DNA of 64,000 bases. Source: an uncultured virus (IMG/VR IMGVR_UViG_3300009159_000059). Its lineage: Duplodnaviria; Heunggongvirae; Uroviricota; Caudoviricetes. This document shows, piece after piece, positions 49,571 to 60,300 of the stretch (positions are counted from its first letter, which is position 1; every line of letters starts with the position of its first letter). The position numbers and the translations under genes are program-made. The notes below the pieces were generated by a model. That model did not search any database, had not been told where the DNA came from, and worked only from the letters and a program-made list of their open reading frames with translations. The stretch is taken from the IMG/VR virus record IMGVR_UViG_3300009159_000059; one strand, 5' to 3'.

Positions 49571-52192
49571 ATGATCATCAATACCGTATTTAATCTGAAA
49601 ACAGTTAATTTTGTGTCGCCGCCACAAAAGGATCCAAACAATCCATATTACCAGTTAGATCTTAAATGCTCTGGCGTAAATTCTGGGACATTTGGATCAA
49701 TCGGTACTGTGCCGATGATAAGAATAAACACAAAAGGATTAGTGACTCTTGCCGGGGCTACAACTGGGATCGTCATACCTCCATTTATAACAGATTTTAC
49801 GATAAAAGGACAAAACAGCTCATCGAATCCATTATACACAAACCTTGAAAATTATAATCCAAATCAAGATGAAGTCGAAAACATATCCGGATTTATTGGA
49901 AATTACGGTAAATCTTTATATTCTTCCAATAACCTTATGTATGACAAAGCATCAGGATCTATCAGTATCGGCGTTAAAAGCAACAGTACAAATGCGGTAA
50001 ATGAAAATAATGTCGCTATTGGCCAAAGAGCTATGGAAGATGCTTATTCTGCAAAAACCGTAGCTATAGGAAGCTATACAGCATCTAATACTTTATTAAA
50101 CAATAATACTATATGTGTTGGTTATGGTGCTCCAGTCGTCGGTGGCAATACGCCGATTAATTCTGACAATATAGTTATAGGTAGCGGCCTATTTAATAGC
50201 TCTGGCACCAAATCGATATTTATAAATAATAATAAAGTTTTGCAAATCACAGGTAACGCGACAAGCAATTCTATAAGCATAGGTGGTTTCCCACACTTTG
50301 GGTCAGTACCAGATTATTCTGGCATCTTAATCGGTCAGACATACGGCTTTGAAGGATTAAGCATTACGCTGCAGCAATCTATATTGATTGGAAACCCGTT
50401 TACCGCTGTTAATCAAACAAGGACAAGTTTAACCTATAAAACATCTGTCGCTATCATCCAATCTGGCACGCAATCTTATAACGCCCTCCGAACCATAGGG
50501 CTAGAATCATCGGTTTTAATAAGTAACGAGGCGCCGCCGTCAAAATACTACAGAGATCAAATCGACGGTGCTGGTCATGTTATATTAGGAAACGGCGCAG
50601 GAATAGTGAAACCAAGCATAGTTAGTACAGATAATCCAACAGATTGTATAGCAATTGGCGTGTATTCTACTGGATCTTCAAAGGGCATTTCAATAGGTTA
50701 TAAATCTGGGTCTTTTCTACCGCCTCAGAATAACTCTTTACCTGGTGTTGGGACACTTGGAGGCGCATTTACTGGTGGTCCTGGGGCTTCCTTATATGGT
50801 GCCGGACCGCCTGACGGGAAGAGTAATCCGTATGGTATTATGGGTAAGATAGTACCCGATAATGAATATGTAACAGGCGATAATATAACTATCTTAGCAG
50901 GTGGTCAATCGCACAGCGCAGCCCTTGTAAACCAAGGAAGAATGTATGTATGTGGCCTTAATGATGCTGGACAATTGGGGCTTGGTGACAACACACCAAG
51001 ATATACGTATACTTTGGTGCCTTGGTCTAACAGCTTTACCTTCGGGATTAAAATAACGCAAATCTGCGCTTATTATAATGGCACATTTGTCATCCTAAAC
51101 GATGGAAGACTATATGGCAGCGGACAAATAAATCCGACTTCTACCACTTCGAGTTTTACTTTAATAGATTCTGGGCCTTGGACAGTGATATCGGCGGCAC
51201 GCGATTACGTTACAGGAAAGACAACGTGGGCTGGTATCAAAGGTGGTAAGCTCTATACGATGGGTGATAACACATATGGCCAATTGGGCAATGGTACTAC
51301 CGGCGGTTCTACTAGCACTTTTGCTATGGTAGGATCTTCTACTTATACTAAGGTAGAATGCGGTAAATCTTTTGTACTAGCAGTGAGAAGCGATAATCGT
51401 TTAATAGTGTGGGGAAGAAATAATGTAGGCCAACTCGGCATGGGAAATACTAGCGATTTTAATACTCCACAAATAGTGCCGCTGTTCGTTCGTGCTATCC
51501 TTGGCGGTTCTCCGGAGTATGATACTTCTAATATAGTATCAATATCAGCTGGTCATGAATGCATAGTAGTGGTAACTGCTAATGGAAATGCTTATATGAC
51601 CGGCAAAACCGGCGATGCTTTTATTAGAGGTGTTTTATCGTCGTGGTTTAGTTCATTTTCTTTTACAAAAATGGAAATAAATGCATTCACTACTACACCT
51701 CCGTCTCTTCTATTGCCTGTCCAATGCCTAGTCATAAATGCAGTCGATATTTATTTTAAAATGAACAATAGTTCTGTTTGCGCCATAGGCACAGGCGAAG
51801 GTGGTACTTTTTTTGCAGGGGATTATCCGCTTAATACATTTACTGGCTTAAACCAACACGATAATCCGGCACGTGCTACAGAATTAAACATGCTCGGAGT
51901 AACAAACACACTTGTTAAAGGGTTTACGCCTGGTGCTCATGCTTTAATGCCGACTTTAGGTGGCGCTGGAGCAAATTATAACAGAATATGCTTGGCGGCT
52001 GATGGTTTGGTTATTCCTAACTTCTTAATCATCGGTGGTGCGGGGGGGAAGCTTCATGGCAATCCTGATGGTACTGGCGTAGAGTTTATAGCTTACTCCG
52101 GCGCAGCATCTGCCCTGCCTAGTACACCATCGGCTTATCTTTCTACTGCCATAAACGGGACAAAATATAAATTGCCACTTTACAACATTTAG
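49571..52192 (+). CDS. fibre-like protein with beta-helix/YadA-like repeats and an RCC1 propeller
   Basis: NVAIG/TVAIG/ISIG repeats; GLNDAGQLG, GDNTYGQLG, GRNNVGQLG; C-terminal KYKLPLYNI. Confidence 0.85.
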   Translation: MIINTVFNLKTVNFVSPPQKDPNNPYYQLDLKCSGVNSGTFGSIGTVPMIRINTKGLVTLAGATTGIVIPPFITDFTIKGQNSSSNPLYTNLENYNPNQDEVENISGFIGNYGKSLYSSNNLMYDKASGSISIGVKSNSTNAVNENNVAIGQRAMEDAYSAKTVAIGSYTASNTLLNNNTICVGYGAPVVGGNTPINSDNIVIGSGLFNSSGTKSIFINNNKVLQITGNATSNSISIGGFPHFGSVPDYSGILIGQTYGFEGLSITLQQSILIGNPFTAVNQTRTSLTYKTSVAIIQSGTQSYNALRTIGLESSVLISNEAPPSKYYRDQIDGAGHVILGNGAGIVKPSIVSTDNPTDCIAIGVYSTGSSKGISIGYKSGSFLPPQNNSLPGVGTLGGAFTGGPGASLYGAGPPDGKSNPYGIMGKIVPDNEYVTGDNITILAGGQSHSAALVNQGRMYVCGLNDAGQLGLGDNTPRYTYTLVPWSNSFTFGIKITQICAYYNGTFVILNDGRLYGSGQINPTSTTSSFTLIDSGPWTVISAARDYVTGKTTWAGIKGGKLYTMGDNTYGQLGNGTTGGSTSTFAMVGSSTYTKVECGKSFVLAVRSDNRLIVWGRNNVGQLGMGNTSDFNTPQIVPLFVRAILGGSPEYDTSNIVSISAGHECIVVVTANGNAYMTGKTGDAFIRGVLSSWFSSFSFTKMEINAFTTTPPSLLLPVQCLVINAVDIYFKMNNSSVCAIGTGEGGTFFAGDYPLNTFTGLNQHDNPARATELNMLGVTNTLVKGFTPGAHALMPTLGGAGANYNRICLAADGLVIPNFLIIGGAGGKLHGNPDGTGVEFIAYSGAASALPSTPSAYLSTAINGTKYKLPLYNI

Positions 52193-52199
52193 GTGAAAA

Positions 52200-53840
52200 A
52201 TGGAATTAAGCACAATAATAAGATTAAAAGTGGTGCCGCCAGTTGGTCTAAGGCCAAGTTTATTTCCGTCTGGGGCACTAGTTTATTCTGAACCTGATAA
52301 TTCACTATATTATGCCGGCGGTGATAATGGCGATACAAGAGCAACATATATCCAATTAGTTAATAACTCATCGTTTGGCGGCACGGTCACCTCGATAGAT
52401 GTTACGTCTGGTACTTTAGCTGTATCTGGGGCGCCAGTCACTAAATCCGGAACCGTGACGATCGACTTAAAAAATACCGGAGTTGCCCCTGGGACTTATG
52501 GTTCTGGCGGCCAAGTGCCCGTCGTAAGCGTCGATAAGTATGGAAGATTGACTAATGTACAATTAGTTCCGATTAACATAGGCGGTACTGTTAAATCTGT
52601 CACTATAGAATCTACTACATTAGAGATCGTTGGATCACCAGTTACTACTTCCGGTATTGTCAAAGTAAACCTACCAGCCACAGGTGTATTAGCTGGCTCT
52701 TACGGATCAGGATCTAAAATCCCCGTGATAACTGTCGATAGTTTTGGGCGCATTACCAGCGCTGTAAATGTGCCTGTAACAGGGGCAGCTGGAGACATCA
52801 GCCACGATTTCACCTTGGTTGGCTCAGGATCTAGTACTGATCCTCTTGGTACCAGTCTTAGATCTCAAATGGTTTTAGATAGTAGCTCGAAGTTACTTGA
52901 AAACGGTAACATAGTAATTGGTCCAACAACTGCATACACAAGCTCAGCTAACCAACGAAATATTTGCATCGGAACGAATGCTTTAACTAGTTTAAAAACC
53001 TCAGTTACAACGTTTGATAATGTTTCTGTCGGTAATTATTCTCTTTACTCTAGCTTATCTAATACACTTAGAAACGTCGTGATTGGTGTAAATGCTGCCA
53101 AATCTGTCACTCAGCCAGCTGATAATGTAATCGTAGGCTATAATGCAATCAGCTTAGCAACCAGCATAACTAATACCGTAGCAATCGGAACAAATGTACA
53201 GAATGATAATGCTTACTCTGTCTCCGTACGTAATGTGATCATAGGTAATGATGCCAAGGCTGGCTCGACCGGCAACGTTATAATTGGCGATAGCGCATCG
53301 AGCTATTCTCCTTCATTTACAAATGGTGTTGGCGTTGGAGCATCTTGCACAGTCGGTGATCAATCTATAGCTATAGGCGGAAATGCTCAAGCTAATGCAA
53401 AATTGTGTACCGGCATAGGATACGGCAGTTATTCGAACACAAATAGTATAGCAATCGGGCACTCTGCGGCGATAGCCGACGATCCGACCGGTGCTGCCGA
53501 TGGCGGGATAGCTATCGGTGCCGGCGCCACATCAAATACTAATAGCATAGCAATAGGTGCTAAATCAGATTCACAATTTGGCTTTTACACAACAGTTATT
53601 GGGACTAACGCCAAATCGACAAATAAATATTGTTTTGTTATGGGAATGAACGCTATATCTGGGGCTGACTATGAGTTTTGTCTAGGTAGTTCATCATATC
53701 CAATTGGCAATCCTGATGGCTCTGGAGTCGAATTTTCTGCATCTTCTGGTAGCGCATCGTCGCTTCCAGCCACCCCAGCCGCTTATTTTAGGCTACGATT
53801 AAATGGCACTGTATACAAACTACCTCTGTATAATGCATAA
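52200..53840 (+). CDS. fibre protein with YadA-head-like repeats
   Basis: YAGGDNG N-module, two GVxxGxYGSxxxxPVxxVDxxGR repeats, SIAIG repeats, C-terminal VYKLPLYNA. Confidence 0.85.
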   Translation: MELSTIIRLKVVPPVGLRPSLFPSGALVYSEPDNSLYYAGGDNGDTRATYIQLVNNSSFGGTVTSIDVTSGTLAVSGAPVTKSGTVTIDLKNTGVAPGTYGSGGQVPVVSVDKYGRLTNVQLVPINIGGTVKSVTIESTTLEIVGSPVTTSGIVKVNLPATGVLAGSYGSGSKIPVITVDSFGRITSAVNVPVTGAAGDISHDFTLVGSGSSTDPLGTSLRSQMVLDSSSKLLENGNIVIGPTTAYTSSANQRNICIGTNALTSLKTSVTTFDNVSVGNYSLYSSLSNTLRNVVIGVNAAKSVTQPADNVIVGYNAISLATSITNTVAIGTNVQNDNAYSVSVRNVIIGNDAKAGSTGNVIIGDSASSYSPSFTNGVGVGASCTVGDQSIAIGGNAQANAKLCTGIGYGSYSNTNSIAIGHSAAIADDPTGAADGGIAIGAGATSNTNSIAIGAKSDSQFGFYTTVIGTNAKSTNKYCFVMGMNAISGADYEFCLGSSSYPIGNPDGSGVEFSASSGSASSLPATPAAYFRLRLNGTVYKLPLYNA

Positions 53841-53893
53841 GAATGGTATATAAATCGGTGCAAAAATTAAAGTAGACTAAGGATGACTAGAAT

Positions 53894-54352
53894 ATGGAAA
53901 TAAGCACTATAATTCGAATACTTGAAGTACCCACTGGAGGCATAGACCCAAGTGAATTACCATCTGGCTCTTTACTATATGTAGAAAACACTGGAACAGA
54001 TGGATTGGGTGCACTTTATTATGCTGGCGGCGACAATGGCTATCGAAAGTCGACGTATTTAAAACAAGTAACATCAGTCCCAGGTGGTGGCACAGAGGTC
54101 GCAGTATCTGACACTATTATCGGTAGTGGTACAATACTATCACCGCTTAAGTCGTTTATTAATACTACCGATGATTTTACTGGAAATGGTCTATCCTCGA
54201 CACCACTAGCTTTATCACCGGTTGGTTTAGCCAATTCTGTGGCCGGCATCGTCTCGGCTGGAAATAATATAATAATTAATTATGATAACATTGGCAATAG
54301 TATCACCATATCAGCAACTACACCAGGGCTGCTGGATGGCGGCTCAGCTTAA
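53894..54352 (+). CDS. short fibre-family paralogue
   Basis: Same N-module (MEISTIIR...YYAGGDNG); ends LDGGSA. Confidence 0.8.
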   Translation: MEISTIIRILEVPTGGIDPSELPSGSLLYVENTGTDGLGALYYAGGDNGYRKSTYLKQVTSVPGGGTEVAVSDTIIGSGTILSPLKSFINTTDDFTGNGLSSTPLALSPVGLANSVAGIVSAGNNIIINYDNIGNSITISATTPGLLDGGSA

Positions 54353-54361
54353 AGGGCAATT

Positions 54362-54937
54362 ATGGCTAATTATTTCACCACTATACAAGTCAGAAGAGAC
54401 GTTTCTGCTAATTGGTCGGTTAAAAATCCGACTTTAGCGAGCGGCGAATTCGGCTATGAATTAGACACTGTCAGGCTAAAAATCGGTGATGGCGTAACAC
54501 CATGGAACTTTTTGGATTACTTTGCTGGCAGCGGCGCTGGCGGTGGCGGCGGCAGTGGGACAGTAACTAGCGTCAATGTTACATCAGTAGATTTAGACGT
54601 GGCTGGCGCCCCAATTACTGCTGCAGGGACAATCGACCTATCACTTAAGACCACAGGGGTTTTGTCTGGAACATACGGCTCTACCGGCAGCATTCCAATA
54701 ATCACTGTAGATTCTAAGGGAAGAATCAGCAAAATCGTTACCACTAATCTGGCCAATATATTTCTAACTAACGTAATTCATGATGATACCTTGCTTGGCA
54801 GCGGCACACCATCCAGTCCGTTGGGTGTAGATCGAAACATAGATGGTGGAATGGCCCTTTCTGACTTTGGATCAGACGGTGATCTAAGCGGCATTTACGA
54901 AGGTTTCCCCGAATTCATGGATGCTGGAGGACCATAA
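54362..54937 (+). CDS. fibre protein with Mtd_N/hyaluronidase-N domain
   Basis: IQVRRDVSANW..KNPTLASGEFGYELDT..LKIGDG..W. Confidence 0.85.
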   Translation: MANYFTTIQVRRDVSANWSVKNPTLASGEFGYELDTVRLKIGDGVTPWNFLDYFAGSGAGGGGGSGTVTSVNVTSVDLDVAGAPITAAGTIDLSLKTTGVLSGTYGSTGSIPIITVDSKGRISKIVTTNLANIFLTNVIHDDTLLGSGTPSSPLGVDRNIDGGMALSDFGSDGDLSGIYEGFPEFMDAGGP

Positions 54938-54938
54938 G

Positions 54939-56690
54939 TTGAAAATCAGAGTACAATTCAGAAGAGCCACATCAAGCGCTTGGACATCTACAAATGTTAT
55001 ATTAGCAGCTGGCGAAGTCGGTTTTGAGACCGACACAAATAAAATAAAATTTGGCGATGGACTGACAGCATGGTCTGAATTATTATATGCCAATTTGTCA
55101 AGTGTTGGTAGCGTATATTCGATTACAGCTGGAAAAGGTCTTCTAGGCGGTATTATAACCACAACGGGGACATTGTCGCTTGATAATAACTATGTCGCAA
55201 CGCTTGAAGATAAGCAGGTCTTATCTAATAAGACATTCGGATCGACTCTAGACTATCTAACTTCTATCTCGACATCAAGCAACACATTAACGTTAGACTT
55301 AACTCAAGGGCCTGACTATTATGTTTCATTAAACAGTAACATTACCACTGTCACATTCATAAATAAGCCCGACTATGGTAGATTATCATATTTTACTATG
55401 ATTATAAGAAACCCAGCTAAATACACTTTAGCTTGGCCATCATCTATACATTGGGAAAACAACACCACACCAGAATTAAGCACTGATGGAAAAGAAGATG
55501 TATATTTCTTTATAACCACAGATGGTGGTGCGACTTTTTATGCCTCTGCTCTAGGCATCAAGTACAGTAATCCTAATTTACCAATAACTCAAGTCGCTAA
55601 GTTTACCGAGGCAAATGATGTTAAATATGGCACTGCTGTGGCGATGTCAGGTAATGGCGAATATGTAGCTGTTAGTAGTAGTTATTCGAATTCTGTTGGT
55701 TCGAAAGTTTACGTCTACAGAATTAGTAATGGTCTTTGGGAACGTCAATCGACTATCATCCCGACATCTCCAACTGCTTTGGCTTTCGGCCAATCATTAG
55801 TATTATCTTCTGATGGCGCACTATTAGTGATTGGCGATCCGCTAGACAATGCTGACGGCGCATCAGCTGGCACTTGCTACATATATCAGAGACTCTCAAT
55901 GGCTTGGAGTCTTTTAACCAAGATCGATATATCTGATCCAGCGGCTGGTAAGATGTATGGTAACACTGTGACTGTAAATGAAGATGCCACAGCAATTGCT
56001 GTCGGTTCTCCGAGTTCATTTGGCAGTGGCGTTGCTGGGTCGGTCTACGTTTTTTCCCTAAATCGGCTAACGTTAACTTGGTCTCAGAGCGCTAAGATTT
56101 CGCAGCAAGGAAACGTCCAAAATACTTTGTTCGGAAGTTCTATAGATTTTAGCGCAGATGGGCTTTATCTAGCTATCGGCGCGCCATCTTCTAACCAAGC
56201 TCATATCTATAACAACGTTAATAATGCTTGGGTGAAGCAGTTTACTCTTTTTCCGACAAATGCTCCAGCTCAATCTAGATTTGGTACTAATGTTAAATTA
56301 TCTGGAGACGGTAATTTTTGTTTAGTATGTGATCCAACAGGAGGCGTTGGTGGTTATATTATAGCTTATGGTAGGAGCGGAACTAATTGGGTCCAGCTAC
56401 AATTAATTAATGAGTCAGTGCAGAATATAGGCAATAAATTTGGACAGAGCTTGGCTATTAGCTATGATGGTACAAAATGCGTGGTTGGAGCTGATGGTGT
56501 TAATCAGAACACCGGCAGAACATATGCTTTTACTAGAAATGGCTTAGCTTATGACGAAGAAGCGGTGTTTGGGCCATCAGATGTCGCGGGTGGCATTAGA
56601 TTCGGATACGCTACGAGTATGTCTTCAGACGGCACCACTACTGTGTCTTCAGCAATTGATGCTAATTCTGCATATATATTTATCAAATAA
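54939..56690 (+). CDS. fibre protein: Mtd_N domain plus FG-GAP propeller
   Basis: QFRRATSSAW...GEVGFETDT..KFGDG; FGxSxxxSxDG repeats; probable start TTG 54939 after GGAGG. Confidence 0.85.
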   Translation: MKIRVQFRRATSSAWTSTNVILAAGEVGFETDTNKIKFGDGLTAWSELLYANLSSVGSVYSITAGKGLLGGIITTTGTLSLDNNYVATLEDKQVLSNKTFGSTLDYLTSISTSSNTLTLDLTQGPDYYVSLNSNITTVTFINKPDYGRLSYFTMIIRNPAKYTLAWPSSIHWENNTTPELSTDGKEDVYFFITTDGGATFYASALGIKYSNPNLPITQVAKFTEANDVKYGTAVAMSGNGEYVAVSSSYSNSVGSKVYVYRISNGLWERQSTIIPTSPTALAFGQSLVLSSDGALLVIGDPLDNADGASAGTCYIYQRLSMAWSLLTKIDISDPAAGKMYGNTVTVNEDATAIAVGSPSSFGSGVAGSVYVFSLNRLTLTWSQSAKISQQGNVQNTLFGSSIDFSADGLYLAIGAPSSNQAHIYNNVNNAWVKQFTLFPTNAPAQSRFGTNVKLSGDGNFCLVCDPTGGVGGYIIAYGRSGTNWVQLQLINESVQNIGNKFGQSLAISYDGTKCVVGADGVNQNTGRTYAFTRNGLAYDEEAVFGPSDVAGGIRFGYATSMSSDGTTTVSSAIDANSAYIFIK

Positions 56691-56699
56691 GAGATAATC

Positions 56700-57335
56700 A
56701 TGACAATTAGAGCACAGTTCAGAAGAGGCACAGTCGCAGAATGGGATAATATAAATCCGATCTTATTGATAGGTGAAATTGGTTACGCTACTGACGCTAG
56801 TAGATTTAAAATCGGCGATGGGATTAAGAATTGGCGCGATTTACCATTCGTTTCCGCCGGTGGTGCTGGTACTTTAACGGCTATAACCGCAGGCAAAGGT
56901 TTAATAGGTGGACTGATAACTACGTCAGGCACTATAGCTGTCGATGATTCTGTAATTATGACTCTTGACACGCCACAGACCATATACAATAAAACTCTTA
57001 AATCTCCTAGCGAAATAGTTAATCGGATAGCTCATACCGGTGGAGTTTTAAATATAGACGCTAGTTTGGCTAATGATCATTATATATATCTGACTGGAAA
57101 TATAACAAACATAAATTTTGAGAACATTGACCACATTGGTAAGATGGTATATATTCGATTATTATTCGAATCGACAAGCATTCATTCGATAAATTGGCCG
57201 CCGTATGTTATGTGGCCAAATAGCCAACAGCCAATGCTTAGTGGCAGCGGCAGGATAGACATCATTGGTTTAATGACTTTCGACGATGGCGTGAATTTTT
57301 TTGGGAAAAAAGAATCTAGTAACTTAAGCGTTTGA
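56700..57335 (+). CDS. fibre protein with Mtd_N domain
   Basis: QFRRGTVAEW..NPILLIGEIGYATD..FKIGDG..WRDLP. Confidence 0.85.
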   Translation: MTIRAQFRRGTVAEWDNINPILLIGEIGYATDASRFKIGDGIKNWRDLPFVSAGGAGTLTAITAGKGLIGGLITTSGTIAVDDSVIMTLDTPQTIYNKTLKSPSEIVNRIAHTGGVLNIDASLANDHYIYLTGNITNINFENIDHIGKMVYIRLLFESTSIHSINWPPYVMWPNSQQPMLSGSGRIDIIGLMTFDDGVNFFGKKESSNLSV

Positions 57336-57347
57336 TAGGATCAATTA

Positions 57348-60300
57348 ATGAGCATAAAGATCCAAGTGCGTAGGGACACAGCCAGTAATTGGTTGTCCGT
57401 AAATCCAATCTTATCCTCAGGCGAAATCGGTTTAGAAACTGATACCTTGAGATTTAAATATGGTGATGGGACCCTTAAATGGGAAGATCTGCCTTATCCC
57501 TCTATCGGAGGAGGGAGTGTCCAATCGATTTCTGCTGGGTATGGGCTTCTCGGTGGTATTATAACTAGCCAAGGCGAAATAAATGTCGATGGAAATATTG
57601 CTCTTGATGTCCTAAGCGAACAAGCTCTGGCTAATAAGGCTTTTAAAAACAAATCTGGAACATTTACCAATATCTTCGTCGACAATGGCATATTGAATCT
57701 GGACCTATCCGCATCTAATAATTTTATCGTAAATTTTGAAGAAGACATCGATAGCTTTACCACTTCTAACAATCCAGAAAATGGTATGGCTTTCGTTATA
57801 ACTCTCGTGTTGAATATTACAACTGGCTCAGCCGTCACTTGGCCATCTAATATCATATGGCCAGACAACGTGTTCCCTACCAGCAGTGCTGTCGGGACTA
57901 CAGATATCTTTAAATTATTGACCATCGATGGTGGTTCGTCATTTTATGCTTACATAGTTGGCCAAGGGTATAACACTAATTCTATACCACCGAACTTCTT
58001 GGATGAATTCTTAAGTCCTAGCGATGGTAAACCAGGCGATGGCTTTGGCATATCGGCTGCTATTTCAAAGGATGGTAGAACTGCTGTGGTTGGTTCTATA
58101 TATAATCAATATTCTGGCGCCGCATATGTGTTTAGAAGATCTGATAATAGATGGCTACAGATAGCCAAACTACTTGGCGAAGATAATGAAAGTGCTTTTG
58201 GAACGTCAGTTGCGATTTCTGAATATGGTGATGTGATAGCAGTAGGTGCACCTCAAGAAGGCACCAACGATATTGGCGCTGCTTATATCTTCACCGAAGC
58301 CAATGATTCTTGGTTAAACAATAAAATAATACCTGAAGATAGCGCCGACATAACGGCTAAAAATTTAGTTAGGCTATTTGGCTCAAGTGTCTCGCTTTCT
58401 AATGATGGTACTCTTCTCATTGTTGGAGCCCCAGACTTTGATGTTCCAGATAATCAAAACACCGGCGCGGTTTATGTGTTTAGATCCGACGGTCCGCCAA
58501 CGCCACCACCACCGCCAATTAATAATTATTATATATATGGAACCGGTAAAAACACAGATTGTGAACTTGGCCTAGGTGATAAAAACAATAGGGCACTTTT
58601 TACATTAATCAAATCAGCGACACCGCTGCAAATAGCGGTAGGTAAGAATTATGCTTTATATATAAAGCATGATGGAACATTATGGGCAACTGGTAAAACT
58701 GGATTAGGCCTACCGTCCGATCCGATGAACCAGTCTTATCGAAATTTTATCCAATTAGGCAGTGATTATTGGCTTGATGTTAAAGCTAATAATAAAGGAA
58801 CTACATTACTCATTAATGCCGATGGATCACTTTGGGGATGTGGTTATAACCAAGATGGTAATCTTGGTATTGGCATAACGACGAATGTTAACGACCTGAT
58901 TATGCTTGATGATAATAATTGGCGAGCCATAAGCTGCTGCTCTTCTAGTTCATATGGCATTAAATCTGATGGGACCCTTTGGAGCTGGGGCGACAACACA
59001 TATGGCCAGCTTGGACATGGAGATTTATACCCTAGACTGTATCCTGCTGAAGTCGGGGTCGACGCTGGTACCTTTGGCACTAATGTTACTGGCGGCACTG
59101 GCGGCACTGGCGGCACTGGCGGCACTGGCGGCACTGGCGGCACTGGCGGTACAAATCCTGTTTATACTGATTGGGTTTACATTTCGCAAGGAAGTTCTGC
59201 GCATCATGTGTTCGCCATACGAAACGATGGAACTAACGCTACACAAGAAGATGGTACATTGTGGGCATGGGGTAAGAATAATCTGTACCAATTGGGTCTT
59301 AATGATACTATCGATAGAAGCACACCAACACGGGTCAATTCTGAATTCTGGATTAAGGTAGAAGCTGGGACTGACAGTAGCGCTGGTATCACTTCGGCCG
59401 GAGAGTTATTTGTTTGGGGCTATAATTCTTATGGCGAGCTTGGTCTGAATGATGTTGTTGTTAGGCCAATACCTACTAGAAATGCGTTTTTTCCAGCCTT
59501 TTTTAGTGATTTGAGCTTTAATGGCCATACTTTAATCGCTCTAGACACTATAGGTTACATGTACGGCGCAGGTTTTAATTATTATGGGCAATTAAGCCAA
59601 GGCTTTTTTAGCGCTAACGATCCATCAAATCAGATAAGAATGTTAACTCAGATAACCAAATCAGGTGGTTGGATTATCGCTACTATCCTTGATTCTTTAA
59701 TAGCGTCACGTGACAGTTTACTACCACCACCGGTAGCAGGACCGACACCTACACCTGTTACGCCAACACCGACTCCAACTTCTACGCCTACGCCGACTCC
59801 TACACCTACACCAACGCCAACGCCAACCCCTGCGGAATGTGCCACAGTATGGACTGGACGCACGTTACCTGGCCTATCGATTGGCACAATCGCCGCAAGT
59901 CCAGATAAAATAGTAATCACGACTGCAGATGGCGGGACAGCTGCGGTGTCGACAGACGGGATAAACTGGTCGTTAAGCTCAATACCTAGCACGACATGGG
60001 TCGATGCGATGTATGCAAATAATTTATTCTTAGTGAGTGGCTATGATGCCGTCAATGTAGGCACGCAGCGTCTGATATCGTCACCGGACGGTATTAATTG
60101 GACACCTATAGCATTACCAATTGGCATAGCCGGAAAAATGGCGTCCGGCAATTCGATTTATTTAATCTTTAGCGTATGGGGAACATCATTTCTTCGATCT
60201 AATGACCTGATTACTTGGCTGCCTGGTACTTTACCAACTCCGATCGATTGGATTTGCGCTCAAGTGATTCATAATGGTGTCTATTTCTTAGCCACCAGCT

